This document shows positions 58,594-64,000 of a stretch of 64,000 nucleotides of DNA, piece after piece (the stretch's first letter is position 1; each line of letters opens with the position of its first letter). Made by a program: the position numbers and the translations under genes. The DNA is from a virus: positions 37,469 through 101,468 of IMG/VR virus record IMGVR_UViG_3300050013_000165. One strand, given 5' to 3'. Below the pieces are notes generated by a model. That model was not told the origin of the DNA and made no database searches. It saw only the letters and a list, made by a program, of their open reading frames with translations.

Positions 58594-58974
58594 ATGCCAA
58601 CATCATCGAAGGTTGTCAACATCAATTCTCGTCGGCGTCCTGCGGCAAAGAAAGCAGCGACGAAGCCAGTGGCAAAGCGTCCGGCGAAAAAAGTTCCCGC
58701 AAAGAAGGCCGTTGCTAAGAAAGTTGCTGCACCCGTTCAAGCAACAGACGGACGGCGAGAGCGTGGGGATGCAACAAAGCTTGAAATCCTTGAAGCTGCT
58801 CGTGAGTACATCGACACCTACGACAAGGTGCCGACGGTGCAAGAAGTAGCAAATCGCTCGAACAGAGCGCTTCGCACGATTTACCATCACTTCCCTGATG
58901 CAGCGTCGATGGTTCGACACGCCTTGGCTCTTGAACCGCGGCGTTCGTTGACAGTTGTGATCGAGCCAGCTTGA
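58594..58974 (+). CDS. TetR-like HTH protein with PAKK histone-like N-terminus
   Basis: ILEAA..PTVQEVA...RTIYHHF. Confidence 0.75.
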   Translation: MPTSSKVVNINSRRRPAAKKAATKPVAKRPAKKVPAKKAVAKKVAAPVQATDGRRERGDATKLEILEAAREYIDTYDKVPTVQEVANRSNRALRTIYHHFPDAASMVRHALALEPRRSLTVVIEPA

Positions 58975-59189
58975 TGACAGTAAAAACTTTCTACGTGGTT
59001 GTCAGTGATGACTCGCACATGCCGCGTGTGCGGCAGAGTCCTCCATCATTAGGGCCACGAGAAGTCGCAATCCGACTCAAAGTGAAATTCCCCGAGTCTC
59101 GACGGGTCATTCCAGAGATTGAAGTGACGTTGCCGGAACTTGAAGACCCCGAGGTCACACTGGACGGAGTGGAGGTCCCGCCAAAGTGA
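58971..59189 (+). CDS. Hypothetical protein
   Basis: Coupled ORF. Confidence 0.5.
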   Translation: MMTVKTFYVVVSDDSHMPRVRQSPPSLGPREVAIRLKVKFPESRRVIPEIEVTLPELEDPEVTLDGVEVPPK

Positions 59190-59395
59190 TACTTGCAATC
59201 GAACGTGCTCTGAACATACCGTGGTGGCTTCTCTTGCTCTGTGTTTTGTTCTTTTGGCGTCGTCATGTTGTGGCGAAGCAACGCCAGCGAAGACAACGAG
59301 GAGGCCATCCAATGACAAAGGTTCCTACGCACGCGATCAAAAGAGGTGACGTCATCTTCCTTGATCAAGCACGGAAGAAGGTGGTTCATGAGTGA
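59186..59395 (+). CDS. Small membrane protein
   Basis: One TM; coupled. Confidence 0.45.
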   Translation: MILAIERALNIPWWLLLLCVLFFWRRHVVAKQRQRRQRGGHPMTKVPTHAIKRGDVIFLDQARKKVVHE

Positions 59396-60006
59396 GGGCT
59401 CGAACGTGGTGCCTATCCACGATCCTCATAGGCGTGACAATTCTGCTGAGTCTTTTAACGAGTGGGCCGAAGGTGTCATTAGAAGCGACGCCGTCCCACC
59501 TCTCGTTCGGATTAGGGCTCAGCTCGCAAGCGAGATTGCAAAGCAGATCGTCTCTAAGCAAGACGCTCTTCGCTCCGATTTTGACATCGCAGTTGACATC
59601 AACGCTGCTGTCCTTCTCACAGACGTCGAGTTCGACGACCTCGACGACATTGACTCCTACCTCCGCACCAAGTACGACGGTTCCATCGACGACTTCGCCG
59701 CCGGTTATCACGACGACTTTGGTGTCGAGTGGACCAAGCGGCGAGCAGCAATGGCTCGCCACCCAAGCCGCTCAGTGCATCGAGTTGCACGAGTCAACGA
59801 CAATCAATGGGGTGACTCACGACGCCAACGCAGGCGGCAACATTTGGCAGTTCGAGGGAACGACGTGGTACAACACGACTGGGCTCACAGGCTCCCCTGG
59901 TTCTTATTCGGCATCAACGCAAAACGCAACCGCTTACAAGTTGCATTTGGAAGATGGCTACTCCGATTGGGTAGCCGACAATCCCTGGTGCGCTCAGTAC
60001 GAATGA
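59392..60006 (+). CDS. Secreted Rpf-like (resuscitation-promoting factor) lytic transglycosylase
   Basis: Signal/TM, S/T linker, CIELHES..WQF..TTW...Q.A.A.KL...G...W..C. Confidence 0.72.
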   Translation: MRARTWCLSTILIGVTILLSLLTSGPKVSLEATPSHLSFGLGLSSQARLQSRSSLSKTLFAPILTSQLTSTLLSFSQTSSSTTSTTLTPTSAPSTTVPSTTSPPVITTTLVSSGPSGEQQWLATQAAQCIELHESTTINGVTHDANAGGNIWQFEGTTWYNTTGLTGSPGSYSASTQNATAYKLHLEDGYSDWVADNPWCAQYE

Positions 60007-60051
60007 AAGGAATGTCTTGAACACTTCATCGAAAATCTTGATCGGTAAAAG

Positions 60052-60483
60052 ATGAAGCAACGCGAGGATCGGTGGCCGAGCCCGTCAGAACTCGGCAACG
60101 TCGTTGAAGAATTAGGAACCCTTCAACGAATCTCGGGGACGGGACGAGCCCTCGCTAAAGCGCTTCAAAAAGAGCGTCGGACGGCGAGTGTGCTTCGTAC
60201 AGCACTCCGGCGAGACCAAGATCGAATTGTTGGTCAACGTGACCAGCTTCGTCGGCTCGAAGAGTGCCGACTGTTCGAACTGGAATCAGAGCACATGCTT
60301 GCCGATGCTTTGAGAGACGCCCTAAGAGAAATCGAGCGAGATCGGGTTCGAAATCCGAATGTTGTTGCGGGATTGGACGTCCTCTCGCGGGCTCTTGCAA
60401 CGTATGCGATTCGAAAAGGTTCTCGACCGATTGTGAACGGAGAAGCGTATAGTGCTTCGACTCTTGCGCCCGAAGACAACTGA
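60052..60483 (+). CDS. Hypothetical coiled-coil protein
   Basis: ORF track. Confidence 0.55.
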   Translation: MKQREDRWPSPSELGNVVEELGTLQRISGTGRALAKALQKERRTASVLRTALRRDQDRIVGQRDQLRRLEECRLFELESEHMLADALRDALREIERDRVRNPNVVAGLDVLSRALATYAIRKGSRPIVNGEAYSASTLAPEDN

Positions 60484-60666
60484 GTACGAAAGAGTTGAGC
60501 CGAGCACTGTTCGGCTTCTGCACGATACGAGTGAAATCATTGAAGCTCGTCGAAATGCAGAAGCCAACAGTGCTGCATTAAAGCGGCTCACCAAATTGAA
60601 GCTCACGCCGAAGTTCGCTTCGGTGACGCCCGGTTCTGAAATCGGTAAGCGGAAGCCGATGACTTT

Positions 60667-61119
60667 GTGACGAACTCCGCAAAGGACAAAGGGGACGAAG
60701 GTGAGCGAGAAATCGAGCGATGGGGTAGAGAGCGATTTGCTCGCTACAGCTTTGCAAAGCGCATACGACGATCTCTCGGAGCAGGTCGAAAAGATGATGT
60801 TGGAGACATCACCGGTTTTCCTTTCACGGCCCTACAAGTCGCCCGTCATGAACAGCGGCTCATTCACGTTATTCGGGCGAAGGTTCGAGATGTGGAGGGT
60901 CAACGGAAGAACGCTCATGCTCGCTATGCCGCCGTCATTGCTCGATCAAATCGCACAGATTGGCTTGTGTGCATGAGTTTGGAGCAGTTCGCTCGATTAT
61001 GGATTGATGCATATCAATGGCGTCGGCGGCAGGCTGGTTCACAAAACGCCTGGACAGCGCGTGAAGAATCGAGCAAGATGACCCCCAATGTCCCTAAACG
61101 GCCAGGAGCCAAAACCTGA
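60667..61119 (+). CDS. Hjc-like Holliday junction resolvase
   Basis: SAKDKGDEGEREI..GAGRKDDVGDI; ExK position reads QVA. Confidence 0.65.
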   Translation: MTNSAKDKGDEGEREIERWGRERFARYSFAKRIRRSLGAGRKDDVGDITGFPFTALQVARHEQRLIHVIRAKVRDVEGQRKNAHARYAAVIARSNRTDWLVCMSLEQFARLWIDAYQWRRRQAGSQNAWTAREESSKMTPNVPKRPGAKT

Positions 61120-61390
61120 ACGAGACGACCTCATGCGGGTTCGTAATGACTCCAATCCGAAGCTGATCGGGGCATCGATTTACGAGGCGTTCCAAGAGTC
61201 CAGCAAGGTCACCATTCGAGTAATCGGTGCCGGTGCACTCAACCAGGCATACAAAGGTGCTGCTCTCGCCCGTCAACGCCTCGCAGCTAATGCCGAGGAT
61301 TTGGTCATTCGTCCTGGGTTCGCCACCGTCAAAAGCGACGACGGGAACCATGACGTCACTGCTCTGGTACTGGCTTGCACCCTTTTGTAA
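61088..61390 (+). CDS. spoVS: SpoVS-family protein
   Basis: SNPK.IG.SI..V.IRVIGAGALNQAYK..ALAR..L.I.PGF. Confidence 0.85.
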   Translation: MSLNGQEPKPERDDLMRVRNDSNPKLIGASIYEAFQESSKVTIRVIGAGALNQAYKGAALARQRLAANAEDLVIRPGFATVKSDDGNHDVTALVLACTLL

Positions 61391-61411
61391 TCGAGCGTTA
61401 GGGTCTCCTCA

Positions 61412-61675
61412 ATGGACACTCGTCGAGTTGGTCACGCACAGCGCCGCAGAGTTGGCGCACCCTCCAACGTCTATGCCGACGTCATGGAGCCGCCCCGTTT
61501 TGGTGCAGGCGAAGCCGTTCGCGCTAAGGGGCGCTACCGAGACCAGATGATTGAAGAGGTCCTTCCAAACATCGCTCGACCAGATGCCGACAACGACGGG
61601 CACGGTTACGTTGTCTCCGGCGGCAAGATGGGTCGCAAGTCGGTGCACACTTCGAGTGAACTGCGGGGTTCCTGA
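61412..61675 (+). CDS. Hypothetical protein (leaderless)
   Basis: TTGCAC-18-TAGGGT-7-ATG. Confidence 0.55.
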   Translation: MDTRRVGHAQRRRVGAPSNVYADVMEPPRFGAGEAVRAKGRYRDQMIEEVLPNIARPDADNDGHGYVVSGGKMGRKSVHTSSELRGS

Positions 61676-61965
61676 TGGAGCGCAAGCAACCGGTTGGCAC
61701 CAAAGACATGCCGGAACTCGACAACGCTCTCGATGCAAATCAAGAGGTCATGGTCGATGAGCTGATCACTCCTCACGTCAAGATGCCCGAGCGAGGTGGA
61801 GCAATCCACAAAATCGTGGCGAGTTACCCGGCCCAAGAGCAAGAACGCCAGCCCACCCAAGCGCGTGGTCACGTCGTGTGGAGCGATGCGTATTCATTCC
61901 AACGACGCGGGCCGAGCTACCTTGACCCCATTGAGAACCCAGGGGCGTTGAGCGATGCCAGATAA
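61675..61965 (+). CDS. Hypothetical protein
   Basis: TGATG coupling. Confidence 0.55.
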   Translation: MERKQPVGTKDMPELDNALDANQEVMVDELITPHVKMPERGGAIHKIVASYPAQEQERQPTQARGHVVWSDAYSFQRRGPSYLDPIENPGALSDAR

Positions 61966-62326
61966 CTTCACGGCCGGTGAGACTGACGCTGACATGGCGA
62001 TGCCACCGATTGCGGCACCGGAAAGCTCCGAAATGCTCGGGGCTCGACTTGGCGTGCGAGTCGCCCATCCTGGTCCCCCATCGCCGGACCCGATTAGCGA
62101 GCCCTACCTCATGCCGTCTGTCGCCGGTCGTAATGGTTCGACAGAAAAGGTCGATCCAGCAATCGTTCAGACCCCACTCGGGGGCATGATGCCTGGGCCT
62201 AATGCAATCGCTCCGGCGGTTGTGGTCGGCCAGGATTACCGAGCCCCAGTGCCGGACGAGGCGCACGGCTGGGGGGCTGGCATTAGAGACGGCTACCCCG
62301 AAGGCAGCCCCATTCCTCATCGGTAA
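61955..62326 (+). CDS. Pro-rich hypothetical protein
   Basis: Coupled ORF. Confidence 0.55.
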   Translation: MPDNFTAGETDADMAMPPIAAPESSEMLGARLGVRVAHPGPPSPDPISEPYLMPSVAGRNGSTEKVDPAIVQTPLGGMMPGPNAIAPAVVVGQDYRAPVPDEAHGWGAGIRDGYPEGSPIPHR

Positions 62327-62781
62327 TGACTGTCTCTGAGAAGCGACGCAATTACCCATCGGTACTCGATGACCGAGATCGCCCAGCGAAAAAGGGTGAA
62401 GTCGTTTGTGCTGTTAGTGATTGCGAAAGAGTGCGGAAGCGCCGTCAGTACTGTCTGAAGCATTATGCCAGATGGCGTCGAAATGCCGATCTTACAACCC
62501 TTGGTCATGCTGCAAATGAGGTCGGTAAGGATCGGGCCTTCAAAAAAGCCTGGGTTGACAATTACAAGCTGGAACATGGCTGTGCTGACTGCGGTTACAA
62601 CGAGCCCCCTGCCGCCCTCGATTTCGACCACCGACCTGGGACGAAGAAGATTCGCAACATTAAGGCCGGTCACCAGTTTGGATGGCTCGCTCTCTTGGCG
62701 GAAGTCGCTAAGTGTGATGTGGTTTGTGCAAATTGTCATCGAATTCGGACGGTAAATCGCCGTCATATCCCGCACAAGTAG
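62326..62781 (+). mobile_element. HNH homing endonuclease
   Basis: CADCG..LDFDH..EVAKCDVVCANCHRIRT. Confidence 0.85.
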
Positions 62782-62805
62782 TTGCACGGGCATTAGAGTT
62801 AGCTC

Positions 62806-63249
62806 ATGCCTACATGGAACGGCGGGAAAGACTTCTTCGAACAGAACGAGGAACACCGTCGAAAGCTGAACTTGCAGCAGCAACAGTTCGGCTCAGACGA
62901 AGGAACACCCACTAATACTCGTGGCGTCTACCGTCCTGGTTGGGATCCCCCCGACGACGCATTTGACGACAAAGGTCTACGTCCTGGGGCTCCGAAGTAT
63001 TACACCAGGACCGACAGCAAGAGCATTGAGGCTGTCCGTCGCGACCGAGATCAGTATCGGGAGCGCCAGGAAGCTCGAAGGTGGGGAGCAACCGACGACG
63101 ACCTCACGCACATGTACGACCGTGTTCCGGCCGACGATGCCGACCCAACTCGTCGCCTGGTTAGAGATGTCCGGCAGACGCAACGTACAGTGAAGAAAAT
63201 CAGTTCGCTTGCTCGCATGGCGAGAGGCACGAAGGGACGGCGACGGTAA
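62806..63249 (+). CDS. Hypothetical protein
   Basis: TAGAGT-6-ATG; TAATG coupling downstream. Confidence 0.55.
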   Translation: MPTWNGGKDFFEQNEEHRRKLNLQQQQFGSDEGTPTNTRGVYRPGWDPPDDAFDDKGLRPGAPKYYTRTDSKSIEAVRRDRDQYRERQEARRWGATDDDLTHMYDRVPADDADPTRRLVRDVRQTQRTVKKISSLARMARGTKGRRR

Positions 63250-63482
63250 TGGAAGCAGTTCCCTCGACTCGACCAGATTCACACCAAGCCGTGGACGATG
63301 CCTACGACAAGATTTTGCATTCGACGGGTACTTGGCACAACCACGAAGAGTCGAACGACGGCGAAACGATGGTTCGTCACGCTCACGAGGGCGGCGAGAA
63401 AGACCACACCCACGACGGTCCAGGGTTCAAAGCTCGACAAGCGCGAGAGGTTCACCCACTGCATGGAAGGTTGGGAATGTAA
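63249..63482 (+). CDS. His-rich small protein
   Basis: HNH..HAH..HTH motifs; coupled on both sides. Confidence 0.5.
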   Translation: MEAVPSTRPDSHQAVDDAYDKILHSTGTWHNHEESNDGETMVRHAHEGGEKDHTHDGPGFKARQAREVHPLHGRLGM

Positions 63483-63793
63483 TGGAGTTCGGCGACACGA
63501 TTGGCCCACATATTGCTTCCCTGAAGCCGGGGGAGCGTACCCGCATGTCAATCAACAAGGGAACCCGAGTTCAGGGTGACTCGAAGTACTCGTTCCCGAA
63601 GCCTTCAACGCTTCGTCAAATGTCGGCTACTGAGTTGGCTTGGCTCGCCGGTTGGTTAGAGGGCGAAGGCTCTTTTTCAATCAAACACATCAAGGGATGG
63701 AATTACGCTTCCATCGTTGGAGGCTCAACCGATTTCGATTCAATTCAGAGATTGGTGGAACTCACAAACGTCGGGCGTGTAATCGAAAGGTGA
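63482..63793 (+). pseudogene. Truncated LAGLIDADG homing endonuclease
   Basis: ELAWLAGWLEGEGSFSI motif; stops about 40 aa later. Confidence 0.65.
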
Positions 63794-64000
63794 TGCCCCA
63801 CTTAGAGGACCCAACAAGCAACGTCCCTAGTCAGGGGGCAGAGGGGCAATCCGTTGATTACCTCGACGAAAGTGCCTACCTCGTGGAGCGCGGTGTCCGC
63901 CTTATCGCTATCGCTGGCAATTGTCGCGCGAAAGCCAGCGAAATGGGAACAATTCGATCTCAGCTTGGGATGATGAAAAGGAACGATGCCATCGCCTTTA
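63793..64000 (+). CDS. Hypothetical protein (partial)
   Basis: TGATG-coupled ATG; open to the window end. Confidence 0.35.
   Translation, partial: MPHLEDPTSNVPSQGAEGQSVDYLDESAYLVERGVRLIAIAGNCRAKASEMGTIRSQLGMMKRNDAIAF

Noticed and set aside
1808-62798. Repeated GCATTAGAG 9-mer (1808-, 17377, 19899, 62790) as a phage-specific operator
   Set aside because: Only four copies, with inconsistent spacing; partly explained by -10 elements and a start codon

Overview
The window is a large part of a tailed dsDNA phage genome with a contractile tail (myovirus-like). It almost certainly infects Actinomycetota, given WhiB, an Rpf-like muramidase, SpoVS, a DUF1906 lysin and many leaderless promoters. Gene order: small accessory genes, tRNA-Asn and a truncated RlaP-type nucleotidyltransferase (1-6 kb); four glycosyltransferases (6-10 kb); lysis genes, portal, scaffold and N4-gp56-type major capsid (11-19 kb); neck, sheath, tube, tape measure and baseplate (20-40 kb); replication/recombination genes (41-61 kb: DnaC-like loader, DnaB, DnaG, SNF2 helicase, UDG, SSB, MTase, PolA, RecA, Cas4-like nuclease, resolvase-like proteins). 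No terminase or integrase is recognisable. Top finding: a phage Ro60/TROVE gene (49091-50617) preceded by a tandem array of five Y-RNA-like ncRNAs (48511-49047). They share one scaffold (invariant GTTACTTC, near-invariant TGGTTC) but carry different payloads, one being a circularly permuted tRNA-Asn-like domain. Second finding: six free-standing homing endonucleases each sit between two recoded copies of a host gene's 3' end, and two of these cassettes carry cargo genes. There is also a candidate +1 frameshift in the tail chaperone. Protein family calls come from motif recognition by eye, not database searches.
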